A stretch of 39,652 nucleotides of DNA from Parcubacteria group bacterium GW2011_GWA1_47_8 (GCA_000996605.1 LCOP01000001.1:1-39652); one strand, 5' to 3'. Counted from the first letter of the stretch, positions 25,371 to 36,414 are shown. Program-made: numbers and translations. The notes: generated by a model from the letters alone, not told the origin.

Positions 25371-28316
25371 ATGAAGATTACCGATCAACACGCTAAATAT
25401 TTTGCATACGAGCTGACGAAGCGTTGTTCTTCCAATAGTTTGGAGAAACTTTCCTCTACACTTTCAAACGCTCAAGTTGATCTGAACCCTCATCAGATTG
25501 AGGCGGCACTTTTTGCTTTCAGGTCACCGCTCTCAAAAGGTGCGATTTTAGCCGACGAGGTTGGACTTGGTAAAACTATTGAGGCAGGACTCGTTCTCTC
25601 TCAAAAATGGGCTGAGAGAAAGAGAAACATTCTTCTAATCGTTCCTTCAAGTTTACGAAAACAATGGAACGACGAGCTATCGGAGAAATTCTTTCTACCT
25701 TCAATAATTCTTGAAGCAAGATCTTTTAATCAATACATAAAAGATGGAAATCTGAATCCATTCAATCAGGAGGATAAAATCATCATCTGCTCATACCACT
25801 TTGCTCGTTCCAAGTCTCCATATATCAAACAAACAAAATGGGATTTGGCAGTAATAGATGAGGCACACCGCCTCCGTAATGTATATAAAACAAGCAATAA
25901 GATTGCGCGTGAAATTAAAGATGCGCTGACCGAAGTCCCCAAGATTCTACTTACCGCAACCCCACTTCAAAACTCCCTACTCGAACTCTACGGACTGGTG
26001 AGTATCATTGATGATCACGTGTTTGGTGATCTAAAAAGCTTTAAAGCAAATTATGCACGGGTTTCCCGCGAGCAAGATATTTACGAAAATGAGCTCGGTC
26101 TTGTTGAGCCAAAACAAGAAATGTTTGTCGATTTACGCAACCGCTTAAAGCCAGTCTGTATTCGTACACTTCGTCGCCAGGTACTGGAATATATCAACTA
26201 TACGGAACGAAAACCTATCACGCAGGATTACGTTCCTACCGAACAGGAAGTTGAGCTTTATGACGGAATGTCTGAGTATCTTCAGCGAACAAAACTATAC
26301 GCACTTCCTTTTAGTCAGCGCCAACTCATGACTCTTATTTTGCGAAAGCTTTTGGCATCGTCTTCTTTCGCTATCGCCAGCACTTTGGATAAATTGGTAT
26401 ATAAACTCGAACAGCTAATCGTAGATACAAAAGCAAAAATACCTACTCAAGATGGTGGCATCGCCGGTATCGAACAAAACTTTGAAGCTTTTGAGGAAAT
26501 GTCCGACGAGTGGATTGATGACGAGGAGGGTGAAGATGATAAAGAAGAGAAAGAACAGAAGGCTCTTACAGAGAAAGATATTGTGCTCATGGAGCAGGAA
26601 AAAGCCGATCTAGAAAGATTCCGTAATCTAGCACAGAAAATATATACGAACTCCAAAGGGGACGCTTTGCTTACTGCCCTCAAAAAAGGTTTTGAAATGA
26701 CCGCCGAGCTAGGTGCTAAAAAGAAAGCAATCATTTTTACTGAGTCCACTATTACACAACGATACCTAGCAGAAACTCTTCTGGGTAATAATGGTTACAA
26801 AGACAAAATCGTTTTGTTTAATGGTTCAAATAACGACGATAAATCAAAAGAGATATACAAAAACTGGCTCGCAAAAAATAAGGACACTGACAAAATAACA
26901 GGATCAAAGACAGCCGACACCCGAGCGGCACTCATCGAATATTTCAAAGACGAAGCAGAAATCATGATTGCGACCGAAGCGGGAGCTGAGGGCGTGAATC
27001 TGCAATTCTGTTCATTGGTTATTAACTACGACTTACCGTGGAATCCTCAACGAATTGAACAGCGTATAGGTCGTTGCCATCGTTACGGACAGAAGCATGA
27101 TGTTGTCGTAATCAACTTCGTAAACAGAAAGAACGCCGCAGACCAACGTGTCTATGAACTGTTAGATCAGAAGTTTAAATTGTTTAAGGGTGTATTCGGT
27201 GCAAGTGACGAAGTGCTAGGTTCTATTGAATCAGGTGTTGATTTTGAAAAGCGTATTGCGGGAATCTATCAGACATGCCGTACAGCCGATGATATCAATA
27301 CCGCCTTCGATAAGCTTCAGGAAGAGATGGACGAAAGTATACAGAGTAACTTATCTGATACACGTCAAAAACTTCTGGAAAACTTTGATGCTGAAGTTCA
27401 CGAAAAGCTTAAACTCAACCAAAGAGAGAGTCAGTCATACCTTGATACCTATGAACGCTGGCTGTGGGACGTTACTCGTTACTACTTGGGGGATAATGCT
27501 GACTTTGCCGAGCATGAGTATTCTTTTTCTCTCAAAGTAAATCCTTTTCAAAATGAGGACATAGATCCAGGTCCATACAAGATCGGTAAAAATGTGGAAG
27601 ACGCGCACGTCTATCGCCCCGGGCACTCCTTGGCACAAAGAATATTGAATGAGGTTAAAAACAAACAGATTGAGTCTGCTGAGATTGTTTTTGATTATTC
27701 AAATCACTCGTCTATTATTTCCGTACTAGAACCACTTGTCGGTAAACATGGAACCTTAAAAGTTTCTAACTACACTGTTGAGGCTTTTGAAAAGGAAGAT
27801 GCGGTTGTCGTGTCTGCGCTCGATAATAATGGAGAGCCTATTGAAAGAGACATAATTAAGAAACTATTCTCGCTTTCTGCTCAATCAGTTACACCTAAAG
27901 CGCTGTCACCTGAAGAGTCCACGAAGCTAGATGAGCTTGAGCAACAAACTATCTCTATAATTTCTGGGCAGATCGCAGAAAGAAACAGTGAGTTTTTTGA
28001 TGACGAAGTAGATAAACTCGATAACTGGTCAGATGATGTAAAGAAAGGTCTCGAGCTTGATCTAAGGAAGCTTGATATTGATATCAAGACAGCCAAAACA
28101 AATGCCAAAAAAATTGTTAATCTTGAGGAGAAGCTCAAGGCTCAGCGGGAAATCAAGGATTCCGAGAAAAAACGTAATGAGATGCGTAGAAAGTTATATG
28201 AGGCACAGGACGAGGTAGAGATTAAAAAAGAAAAGTTACTGGAAGGAATAGAAGCTCAGCTAAAGCAGAAGTCACAGATAGAAACATTATTTACAATCAG
28301 CTGGAAAATCATTTAA
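25371..28316 (+). CDS. SNF2-family helicase associated with type III R-M
   Basis: LADEVGLGKT, DEAH, LTATP, EGVNLQ, YDLPWNP..EQRIGR..R.GQ. Confidence 0.93.
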   Translation: MKITDQHAKYFAYELTKRCSSNSLEKLSSTLSNAQVDLNPHQIEAALFAFRSPLSKGAILADEVGLGKTIEAGLVLSQKWAERKRNILLIVPSSLRKQWNDELSEKFFLPSIILEARSFNQYIKDGNLNPFNQEDKIIICSYHFARSKSPYIKQTKWDLAVIDEAHRLRNVYKTSNKIAREIKDALTEVPKILLTATPLQNSLLELYGLVSIIDDHVFGDLKSFKANYARVSREQDIYENELGLVEPKQEMFVDLRNRLKPVCIRTLRRQVLEYINYTERKPITQDYVPTEQEVELYDGMSEYLQRTKLYALPFSQRQLMTLILRKLLASSSFAIASTLDKLVYKLEQLIVDTKAKIPTQDGGIAGIEQNFEAFEEMSDEWIDDEEGEDDKEEKEQKALTEKDIVLMEQEKADLERFRNLAQKIYTNSKGDALLTALKKGFEMTAELGAKKKAIIFTESTITQRYLAETLLGNNGYKDKIVLFNGSNNDDKSKEIYKNWLAKNKDTDKITGSKTADTRAALIEYFKDEAEIMIATEAGAEGVNLQFCSLVINYDLPWNPQRIEQRIGRCHRYGQKHDVVVINFVNRKNAADQRVYELLDQKFKLFKGVFGASDEVLGSIESGVDFEKRIAGIYQTCRTADDINTAFDKLQEEMDESIQSNLSDTRQKLLENFDAEVHEKLKLNQRESQSYLDTYERWLWDVTRYYLGDNADFAEHEYSFSLKVNPFQNEDIDPGPYKIGKNVEDAHVYRPGHSLAQRILNEVKNKQIESAEIVFDYSNHSSIISVLEPLVGKHGTLKVSNYTVEAFEKEDAVVVSALDNNGEPIERDIIKKLFSLSAQSVTPKALSPEESTKLDELEQQTISIISGQIAERNSEFFDDEVDKLDNWSDDVKKGLELDLRKLDIDIKTAKTNAKKIVNLEEKLKAQREIKDSEKKRNEMRRKLYEAQDEVEIKKEKLLEGIEAQLKQKSQIETLFTISWKII

Positions 28317-28321
28317 CAATT

Positions 28322-29983
28322 ATGAGCAATAACAAACAAAAACTAGAGCTTACATGGATCGGGAAAAACAATCCCGAGTATGATATTGCCAATATTGAAC
28401 CGCGCATTTTAGAAGAGCGGACTGATTTATCGTATGGCGACAAAGATACCGAGAATATGATTATTCACGGTGATAACCTCCTGGCTCTTAAAGCTCTTCT
28501 ACCAGAATACGAAGGTAAGGTGAAATGTATTTATATTGATCCACCATACAATACTGGTAATGCTTTTGAGCATTACGACGACAGTGTTGAGCATTCCACA
28601 TGGCTCTCACTTATGAAGCCGAGGCTTGAATTGCTAAGGGCCCTTTTGGGTGACGATGGAAGTATTTGGATTTCAATAGATGAAAAGGAAGCCCATTACC
28701 TAAAAGTGTTGTGCGATGAAGTTTTTGGAAGAAATAATTTTATTATTCAAACAACAATTAAAAGGGGTTCGGCAACAGGTCATAAAGCAATTAACCCCAC
28801 CCCTGTTCAGGTTTGCGACCTAATGTTGTGTTATGCAAAAAGCAAAGAAAATTGGATTTATAAGCCAGTTTATCAAGAGCGAGATTATGACAAAGCATAC
28901 TCTCAGTATATTGAAAACTATGAAGAGGGTTTTGAAAACTGGAAATTTGTTTCACTTAAGGAAATTCTTAAAAAAGATAATCTTAAAATAGAGACGGCAT
29001 TAAAAAACTTTCCCGAGCGCATTATAAGATTTGCGCAACCAGATTATAAGGGAGTTGGGCAAGAAACAAGGGATTATATCGATCTTTCTAAAAAAGAACC
29101 GAGTAAGATACACAAACAATCCAGAGAGGGCTACCCAGATATTTATTTGATAAATGGAAACAGAATTTTGTTTTACAAAGACAAGATGAAAGAAATAAAT
29201 GGGTCATTTGTGACGGCAGAACTTGTAACTAATCTTTGGACTGATATGAACTATCAAGGAATTGCAAGCGAAGGAGACGTGGTATTCCTAAAAAGTAAAA
29301 AACCAGAGCTTCAAATAAAAAGGATTTTAGAAATGTCTACTCAATCAGGAGATACCGTTCTCGACTCATTCCTTGGTTCTGGAACAACTTCAGCCGCCGC
29401 CCACAAAATGAATAGAAAATATATAGGTATTGAAATGGGAGAACATGCTTACACACATGTACACAAAAGGATGAAAAATGTTGTAGACGGCATTGATCAA
29501 AGTGGAATAAGCAAAGCTATGAAATGGCAAGGTGGGGGTGGATTTAAGTTTTATGAACTTGCGCCAAGTTTCGTAGTGATTGATGAATTTGGTAATCCGG
29601 TGATTGATAGCTACTACAATGACACTAAGCTCATCCGCGCGATGTGTAAGCTAACCAACTACACGTTTGCCCCAAGCCCTGCTGTCTACTGGAAGCACGG
29701 TAAAGGCCAAGGCAACAATAGTATTTATGTAACAACCCAGATGCTTTCTGTGGCAATGGTTCAACAGATTGTGAGTCATCTTGGTGCAAACGAGACACTC
29801 CTCATCTGTCCAAAGAAATTTGAACCTGGATGTGAGAAGGTAGATAACCGTATCACTATCAAAAAGATACCGCAGTCAATTTTGAAGGCGTGCCAATTTG
29901 GAAAGAAAGAATACCTGCTTCCTATCAAAGAACGAGCGATGGAAGAAGTTGACGAAGACGAAGTTGATTCTGACGAAAACTAA
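28322..29983 (+). CDS. mod: Type III R-M methyltransferase (Mod)
   Basis: KLELTW.GK, GDNL, IDPPYNTG, DSFLGSGTT, GGGFKF. Confidence 0.93.
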   Translation: MSNNKQKLELTWIGKNNPEYDIANIEPRILEERTDLSYGDKDTENMIIHGDNLLALKALLPEYEGKVKCIYIDPPYNTGNAFEHYDDSVEHSTWLSLMKPRLELLRALLGDDGSIWISIDEKEAHYLKVLCDEVFGRNNFIIQTTIKRGSATGHKAINPTPVQVCDLMLCYAKSKENWIYKPVYQERDYDKAYSQYIENYEEGFENWKFVSLKEILKKDNLKIETALKNFPERIIRFAQPDYKGVGQETRDYIDLSKKEPSKIHKQSREGYPDIYLINGNRILFYKDKMKEINGSFVTAELVTNLWTDMNYQGIASEGDVVFLKSKKPELQIKRILEMSTQSGDTVLDSFLGSGTTSAAAHKMNRKYIGIEMGEHAYTHVHKRMKNVVDGIDQSGISKAMKWQGGGGFKFYELAPSFVVIDEFGNPVIDSYYNDTKLIRAMCKLTNYTFAPSPAVYWKHGKGQGNNSIYVTTQMLSVAMVQQIVSHLGANETLLICPKKFEPGCEKVDNRITIKKIPQSILKACQFGKKEYLLPIKERAMEEVDEDEVDSDEN

Positions 29984-29984
29984 T

Positions 29985-32795
29985 ATGTCTACTTTTATGA
30001 ACCGAGAACAAGCCCTGCAATACATAACAAACGCAATGAGTTTGCGAGATCCTCAAGAAAAAAGCTTGGTGTTTTTTGCTGACTACCTAGAAGGAGATGC
30101 TGGCAAAAAGGTATTGGCGAGAATGAAGAAAGAAAATCGTGGAAGCGTCGAGGATATTGAGGCTTCGACCAAAGAGTACTCTCAAGCAATACCCGACCTG
30201 AGACAGTTTCAATCTTTCGAACGAACCTTCCCTGCATATACCTTTGCACTGGCTACTGGTGTGGGCAAAACTCGTCTTATGGGTGCCTTTGTAGCGTATC
30301 TCTACCTTGTTTACGGTATACAGCATTTTATGATCGTTGCCCCGGGCAATACCATCTATCGCAAGTTGGTAGATGATTTCAGCAAAGCCAACAATCCCAA
30401 GTATGTTTTTCGAGGAATTGAAGAGCTTACGACTTCGAATGTAAAAGTTATCACCAAGGACAACTATGCCCAAAGCCAGATGGCGCAACTTTTTGCAAAC
30501 AAGATAGAAATTAACATTTTCAATATTCAGCAATTTGCGCAAAAGGATATAGAGAAAGAAAAAGGTATTACCAAGTTTAGTGAAATGCTCGGGGAATCAT
30601 ATTTTGAATATCTTAGTTCTCTCGATGATCTTGTTGTATTGATGGATGAATCGCACCACTACCATGCCGATGCGGCAATGGGTTCGCTTGACCGTATAAA
30701 CCCTTTGTTTGGACTTGAATTTACTGCTACGCCCTATCTTGCTCCGACGAGTACAAAGAAAGGCACGGGGCTTATTCTCAAGAAAAATATCTTCTACGCA
30801 TATAATCTTGGAAATGCTATTCGGGACGGGTATGTAAAAGATCCGTGGGTAGGCACAGAAGCCGATGTTGATTTTGGCCAGTGGGATGCGGAGTCCATAG
30901 AAACCGATGCTCGTAAACTACAGCTCGCCGCCTTTTTTCATGAACGCACGAAAGTTGCTTTGAAAGAATACGCTATTGAAAACAATAGACATGAAGTAAA
31001 GCCCGTCATGCTTGTTGTGGCAAAGGATACTGCCCACGCGAGTGCATTGCGTATGTTGATTGATAGCGAACAGTTTAGAGGTGGTGCGTATAAGGGCAAG
31101 GTAATCGAAGTTCATACAAAAACAAAAGGCGACGAAGCGGATGAGACAATTGAAAAGCTTATATCACTTGAACACCCAGATAACATCGTGGAAATTGTCA
31201 TCCATGTAAATATGCTCAAGGAGGGGTGGGATGTTGCTAATATTTATACGATTGCACCAATAAGGTCTTCGGTGGCACAAATTTTAACTGAGCAAACAAT
31301 TGGTCGCGGACTTCGCCTGCCCTACGGAGAAAAGACGGGAAATAAAAATGTTGATCGTGTAATGATTGTTGCCCATGACAATTACGCAAAAGTGATTGAG
31401 GAGGCACAACACTCCAAGCTTATTCAGCCGTCAAACATTGAAAGCATTTCGACTGATGACACAAAGGTGGTAAGAGAAGTTATTGAAGTGCAATCTGTTT
31501 TTGTCACTAATATTCAAGAGCAAATCAAAGCGAGCGGAAGTCTCATGCAGGAAATTGAAGCGCAGGCAACAAAAGCAGTTAATGCTGTCATGTCGGAGGA
31601 CACTCCAGAAGATGTGAAGATAGCGACAATACAAAACAAAGTGCGGGAGATAGTCGAGATAACAGCGAAAAATGAAGCGGTAAAAATGGGTTCTGTCGAG
31701 GTTGGAAGTACCGCATACGAAGAAGGGTCTTTGTTTAATATTTTGAGTGAACCTGCAAAGAAAGAGCTTGAAGATATTGGGCGTGTTTCGAGACAAACCA
31801 TCGAGGTTCGTAACATTCCTATTCCTAGGTTAATGCTTACGCCTCATTACGGTGAACTCACGATTGATAATTTTGACTTAGATATAACAAAATTAAGTAA
31901 ATTTGCTACGGACGCCTCGATTCTTGAACAGGCGTTACAAGGAAAGGAAGAGAAGGACTTATTCGGCGTAGCTTATCAAGGTCATCGCGAGACTGAGCTC
32001 ACTCGTGTTTCAAGTCTCGGTGAAGGCCGTGCGCAAAGCCCAGAAAATACTATCATCTCAGCTCTCCTTGATTTTCCACTTGTTGATTACGATGAGCAGA
32101 GAGAATTATTGCTCAAACTTTCAAATCAGGCGGTTGCATACTACAAGTCATTTGTTAGCGATACAAGCGCACTCAAAATGATGGTGGAAAATAATTTTCG
32201 CCAGATTGCCAAAGAGATATACGATCAGATATTAACCCACAAAGAGTTTAAGTCTGAGAGTTATTTGGAGTCTAGTATTCGTGAGCCAAAACCGTACTTG
32301 GAGCAATACAATATTTCACGAAGCTTCGATGAGAAGCCTGTTACTTTGGAATCTCAACTTGATCGTTTCTCAAGAGATAAAATCTATACAGGATTTAGCA
32401 AAGCGTGTCACTCAATGTACAGATTCGATTCTTCGGATGAAGTACGGATGGCGTACCTTCTTGATAAAGAACCGTCGGTAGAAGATTGGCTTCGCCCCGC
32501 TCCAAATCAATTTGAAGGACTCTACTGGCGTGATGCGGAGGGAAACTCACAACACCGTTATGAGCCAGATTTCGTAGTGGAGTTCAAGAATGAAATTGTG
32601 ATGATTGAAGTTAAGCCAGGTGTAGAAGCAAAAAACCTAGACGTACAAGAGAAAAAGAAAACCGCTGATAAGTATTGCGAGCTTGTTTCAAAGAATGTTG
32701 GCAAATACGGGATCACCAAGCCGTGGCGGTATGTCATTACCCCTACGGAAAAAATCACTGTTAGTTCTACAGTGGAAGGGTTATTAAAGCTATGA
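29985..32795 (+). CDS. res: Type III R-M restriction subunit (Res)
   Basis: LATGVGKT, DESHH, LKEGWD, EQTIGRGLR and C-terminal YEPDF...IEVK. Start at ATG 29985. Confidence 0.92.
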   Translation: MSTFMNREQALQYITNAMSLRDPQEKSLVFFADYLEGDAGKKVLARMKKENRGSVEDIEASTKEYSQAIPDLRQFQSFERTFPAYTFALATGVGKTRLMGAFVAYLYLVYGIQHFMIVAPGNTIYRKLVDDFSKANNPKYVFRGIEELTTSNVKVITKDNYAQSQMAQLFANKIEINIFNIQQFAQKDIEKEKGITKFSEMLGESYFEYLSSLDDLVVLMDESHHYHADAAMGSLDRINPLFGLEFTATPYLAPTSTKKGTGLILKKNIFYAYNLGNAIRDGYVKDPWVGTEADVDFGQWDAESIETDARKLQLAAFFHERTKVALKEYAIENNRHEVKPVMLVVAKDTAHASALRMLIDSEQFRGGAYKGKVIEVHTKTKGDEADETIEKLISLEHPDNIVEIVIHVNMLKEGWDVANIYTIAPIRSSVAQILTEQTIGRGLRLPYGEKTGNKNVDRVMIVAHDNYAKVIEEAQHSKLIQPSNIESISTDDTKVVREVIEVQSVFVTNIQEQIKASGSLMQEIEAQATKAVNAVMSEDTPEDVKIATIQNKVREIVEITAKNEAVKMGSVEVGSTAYEEGSLFNILSEPAKKELEDIGRVSRQTIEVRNIPIPRLMLTPHYGELTIDNFDLDITKLSKFATDASILEQALQGKEEKDLFGVAYQGHRETELTRVSSLGEGRAQSPENTIISALLDFPLVDYDEQRELLLKLSNQAVAYYKSFVSDTSALKMMVENNFRQIAKEIYDQILTHKEFKSESYLESSIREPKPYLEQYNISRSFDEKPVTLESQLDRFSRDKIYTGFSKACHSMYRFDSSDEVRMAYLLDKEPSVEDWLRPAPNQFEGLYWRDAEGNSQHRYEPDFVVEFKNEIVMIEVKPGVEAKNLDVQEKKKTADKYCELVSKNVGKYGITKPWRYVITPTEKITVSSTVEGLLKL

Positions 32796-32826
32796 TCAAA
32801 AATATACTCACAACATTGGGCACCTA

Positions 32827-35358
32827 ATGGTTATGAATTACTTAAAATTAAAAATTAAGAACTATTTATATCGCTCCAAATCTTTTTGGACTACAAAGAA
32901 ATGGTTTGAGGATAAACCGATATTTTCATTGTGGAAAGGAGTGTATCGTAGTCGCTATGAGTTCAATAGGTTTAGGGATTATAAAGATATTCTTACACCC
33001 ACTCTCGTCTCTTTTGGAACAGCGGTTTTGTATTCTGTATTTATAATTTTTATTCTAGAGCTTGGTAACCATTATTACCCGACGGGTTTAAAATACGATA
33101 AAGAAGCAGTTGACACCTTTCTGTCTGTTATAGCGAGTATTTCCGGTGTATTTCTGGGTTTGTATTTTACTGCCATATCTGGCATTGCTAGTAGCTACCT
33201 TTTGCGCGCACCTCAAAATGTTAAACAATTTTTTCTTACAGAACCCAGAGGACAACAGTATGTTAGAACTATAGAAATCACAGGAATCGTTAGTGTTTTT
33301 TATATTGTTTTTAAGTCATTCGGATATCAGATTCATCCAATAGGTTTGGCATTTCTATCCCTACTTGTAGCATACATAATTATTAGGTTTTGGCAGGTTG
33401 GAACAAATGTTTTTTATTCACTGGAGCCACAATTTGCGTTGACCTGGATTACCAGAGACATATTTTTTTCTACAAAAAGTATTGCCCCACCAGGTTTACA
33501 GTGGAATAAGTCAGCAATACAAAATCACCACAGGGTAATGGTCTCAGGAAAGTTTGCTTTGATAAAAAACTTGATTCATTTCGGCAAGTCAGAGATGAGG
33601 GTATCTGATGAGCAGTTGGTGGCAGCTATGGGATATATCGGTGGCCTATTGGTTTCTTATGCAGATTTCAAAAAAAAGATTCCCACTAGTAGCTACTGGT
33701 TTGAAACAAAAAATGAATTTCAAGACTGGACGCTCGCGGGATCATCGCAAATTGCTATTGCGTTGAGTACAGGAACCCCCCTTCAACCTAAAAATGTTCG
33801 GAATTACACGTGGTATGAACAAGAAGCTTTAAATATTGCTGTTCAAATTTTTGAATCCTTCTCAGATGCTAGAAAAATACTCTCAAGTGCTCGAGGTCTT
33901 GATATATTAGTTGAAGTTGTGGAGGTTTATGCACAAGATTTTGATGTAAAAGGAGCAGAACTATTGTTTAAGAAAATTAAGGTTGTTAGCGACCATCTCT
34001 ACACAATACAGGCAAATAATACTCAACAGCAGTTGTTTAAGGAGCAACTATCGTTTGTAGATGCCCAAGGAAGACTTGCGATATCAGCAATGTTGGGATT
34101 GATGAAGTATCTCGACAGTCACTCTTGTGAAGACATAGCAAAACGTATCGCTGGGATTGACTGGTTAGCTGATAAGAACATCTATCTCACAGGTCTACCT
34201 GGCGCAATGCTACCCCGACTCGAGTCCTTGTCTAATGATTTACGAAATGAGAAGGAGATTGAAGGAAACTTGATTTCTGCAGATTGGTATATAAAAACGT
34301 ATTGCTTTCAGCAGTATCTTTTCTCCTTGCAGGGTTACTTCAACTTTATAAAATCACTCCACTCCGACCATTTTCAATCAAGCCTCGATAGATTGTTATC
34401 CGCGCAGCAATTACCGCTTGCGGTGCATCTGATTCAAAGGTGGAAAGAATTTTCGGCAAAATATCGAAGAATGATATTTGACCTGAAAAAACACATAGAT
34501 TGTTCTAATTCACATCGTTTATTAGGAGACCTTCCTTGGATTGAGTTTGATTTTGAAAAGGAGAAGCAGGTTGCTTTGGATCGAGAGAAAGATGTAACGG
34601 ATAAAATGATTCAGCTCTTACCACAATTGAAAACTCTCGCTACTGGTGACGATCTGCCTGACTACTTTGGCCAAGCTCTCACAGAGGGCGTACAGGCTTG
34701 TTATGAAGCTTGTGAGGATAACGACCATGAGAGATTGGGAAAGATCCTTCCTGCAGTTTTTGATGCATCTTTAGTAGCTTACGACAGATTGCGTGAAAAG
34801 GTGAAAGATTGGAGCCAAATTGATAGTAAATTGATATTTTCAAGTGAACCGTTGGAAAATCTCTTTGAAATCAGCGGATACGCAAAACTCTATTCTGAGC
34901 TATATCAAAACCCCGAACTTTGGAGCGTGGTCGAGCGTTTATGGAATATATATTTTCAAGCTGTTGATGCCAAACAAGTGATTCAATTTATCGCTACAAT
35001 GAGTAGCTATCGAGATGGTGTCTTCCAGATAATGCCACAAGCTATGTTAAGAAGTAACTGGCAGATTGGTTTTGAACATAAATTGAGAGAACGTGGCATA
35101 CCGGTGTTTCCAGATAGTGGGAGTTATGATTCCGTAAATGGACGCAGACAGCCAACTCACACAAGTCCTGTAATACGAGTTCTTGAGCGGTCAGGTGGTT
35201 TAAGATTGATGGCTTCGGCAAGAGACATTTTCTTTGCTACGTATTTATCAAGTCTCCCTGCTGCGGAAGGAATAGAGCTTCCCGACAGACACAACTTCAA
35301 GGAATCAATTCAAGAGGAATCGCAAAATCCTAACCAAGAAATAGATGAAGATGAATAA
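32827..35358 (+). CDS. Large hypothetical membrane protein (about 4 N-terminal TM helices plus a helical C-terminal region)
   Basis: Hydrophobic segments at roughly aa 58-190; 843-aa uninterrupted ORF; no catalytic motif recognised. Confidence 0.8.
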   Translation: MVMNYLKLKIKNYLYRSKSFWTTKKWFEDKPIFSLWKGVYRSRYEFNRFRDYKDILTPTLVSFGTAVLYSVFIIFILELGNHYYPTGLKYDKEAVDTFLSVIASISGVFLGLYFTAISGIASSYLLRAPQNVKQFFLTEPRGQQYVRTIEITGIVSVFYIVFKSFGYQIHPIGLAFLSLLVAYIIIRFWQVGTNVFYSLEPQFALTWITRDIFFSTKSIAPPGLQWNKSAIQNHHRVMVSGKFALIKNLIHFGKSEMRVSDEQLVAAMGYIGGLLVSYADFKKKIPTSSYWFETKNEFQDWTLAGSSQIAIALSTGTPLQPKNVRNYTWYEQEALNIAVQIFESFSDARKILSSARGLDILVEVVEVYAQDFDVKGAELLFKKIKVVSDHLYTIQANNTQQQLFKEQLSFVDAQGRLAISAMLGLMKYLDSHSCEDIAKRIAGIDWLADKNIYLTGLPGAMLPRLESLSNDLRNEKEIEGNLISADWYIKTYCFQQYLFSLQGYFNFIKSLHSDHFQSSLDRLLSAQQLPLAVHLIQRWKEFSAKYRRMIFDLKKHIDCSNSHRLLGDLPWIEFDFEKEKQVALDREKDVTDKMIQLLPQLKTLATGDDLPDYFGQALTEGVQACYEACEDNDHERLGKILPAVFDASLVAYDRLREKVKDWSQIDSKLIFSSEPLENLFEISGYAKLYSELYQNPELWSVVERLWNIYFQAVDAKQVIQFIATMSSYRDGVFQIMPQAMLRSNWQIGFEHKLRERGIPVFPDSGSYDSVNGRRQPTHTSPVIRVLERSGGLRLMASARDIFFATYLSSLPAAEGIELPDRHNFKESIQEESQNPNQEIDEDE

Positions 35359-36391
35359 CTTTATTAAAAAATCCAAAGAATTTATAAAGTCTTTCTTAAA
35401 AGACCCACTCTTTTTGAATAGATGGGAAGAGTCATGGTACTCTCGTCGCCGTGATGATAATCAGTTGTCAGTAAGAATTTCTGGACGTCATAGAAGAAAA
35501 GCCTATCCATATTACGGAGATTCCCATCTGTTTGTTGAAGATATGTACACGGGAATTATGCCCTTTATGATTTACAAGGGGGAAAGAGAAAAATATCCAG
35601 CAAGAATTGAACCAGCTACTACAACTCAAAAACAGAGGATAATTGCTAGCGGTATTTCCCAGCGAGATCACACATTCTTTTTAGAAGACGCAATATGTGA
35701 ATTTGTTAGAACAACTGCCCACATTCTTTTTTCTGATGGCGTAGCGTTTTACGAGATTGTCTACAAGAAAAATGAGGTGGGCGAAATTGAGAGTTTTGAA
35801 TTTGAGTTATTACAACCTTTTTACCTGTTCCGTTTTTGGAAAAACTATTACCAAGTTGTACCGTGGTGGGAAGCAAAAGAATCTCGCATACGTGCCCAGA
35901 TAGTAAAAATACCCGCTGAAAAGATTCTGCGCATTGATTTTCCAAAGCGATACGGAGGAAAACGAAAGATCTACTCTTTGCTAAAGCGTTTGTATCAATT
36001 AAGTAAAGAATTGATACCTGAATTTCAAATGCAGGCTATGGGTAAGAATGAGAATATCGGCTTTAATCTAGATGAGTTTAGTAAGGCAAAATATTTGGAG
36101 ATTGCAAAACTTACCACCCAGTATGGGTGGAACCAGCGTCAGCGTTCAGATAAATATATTACTGAGTATTATTCAATGATCCGTTTTCTACGTGAAAAAA
36201 AACTAGAAGCAACTATTAGAACCCATATTATTGCATCTCTAAACGAAGTTCTTAATCGTCCTCCTTTAAATCTCAACGCTACGATAATTATTGAGAACTT
36301 GTTTTCTGTTGAAAAGGTTGGGGAGCAAGAAAGGCTCTTAGAAAAAGGAAATGTTAAGTTTATGGATCTTTTTAATTCACTCAAAATTTAA
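35351..36391 (+). CDS. Hypothetical protein with a phage portal-like sequence pattern
   Basis: EF......LFSDGVAFYEIV...GEI...LLQP, KIPAEKILRI...YGG and EIAKL...IIASLNEVL parallel HK97-family portal motifs. The start overlaps the upstream stop. Confidence 0.55.
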   Translation: MNNFIKKSKEFIKSFLKDPLFLNRWEESWYSRRRDDNQLSVRISGRHRRKAYPYYGDSHLFVEDMYTGIMPFMIYKGEREKYPARIEPATTTQKQRIIASGISQRDHTFFLEDAICEFVRTTAHILFSDGVAFYEIVYKKNEVGEIESFEFELLQPFYLFRFWKNYYQVVPWWEAKESRIRAQIVKIPAEKILRIDFPKRYGGKRKIYSLLKRLYQLSKELIPEFQMQAMGKNENIGFNLDEFSKAKYLEIAKLTTQYGWNQRQRSDKYITEYYSMIRFLREKKLEATIRTHIIASLNEVLNRPPLNLNATIIIENLFSVEKVGEQERLLEKGNVKFMDLFNSLKI

Positions 36392-36414
36392 TCGTTACTA
36401 ATATCAAACCATAT

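Noticed and set aside
25371-32795. DISARM or BREX system
   Set aside because: A SNF2 helicase is present, but drmA/B/C and pglZ/brxC are absent; the partners are type III Mod and Res.
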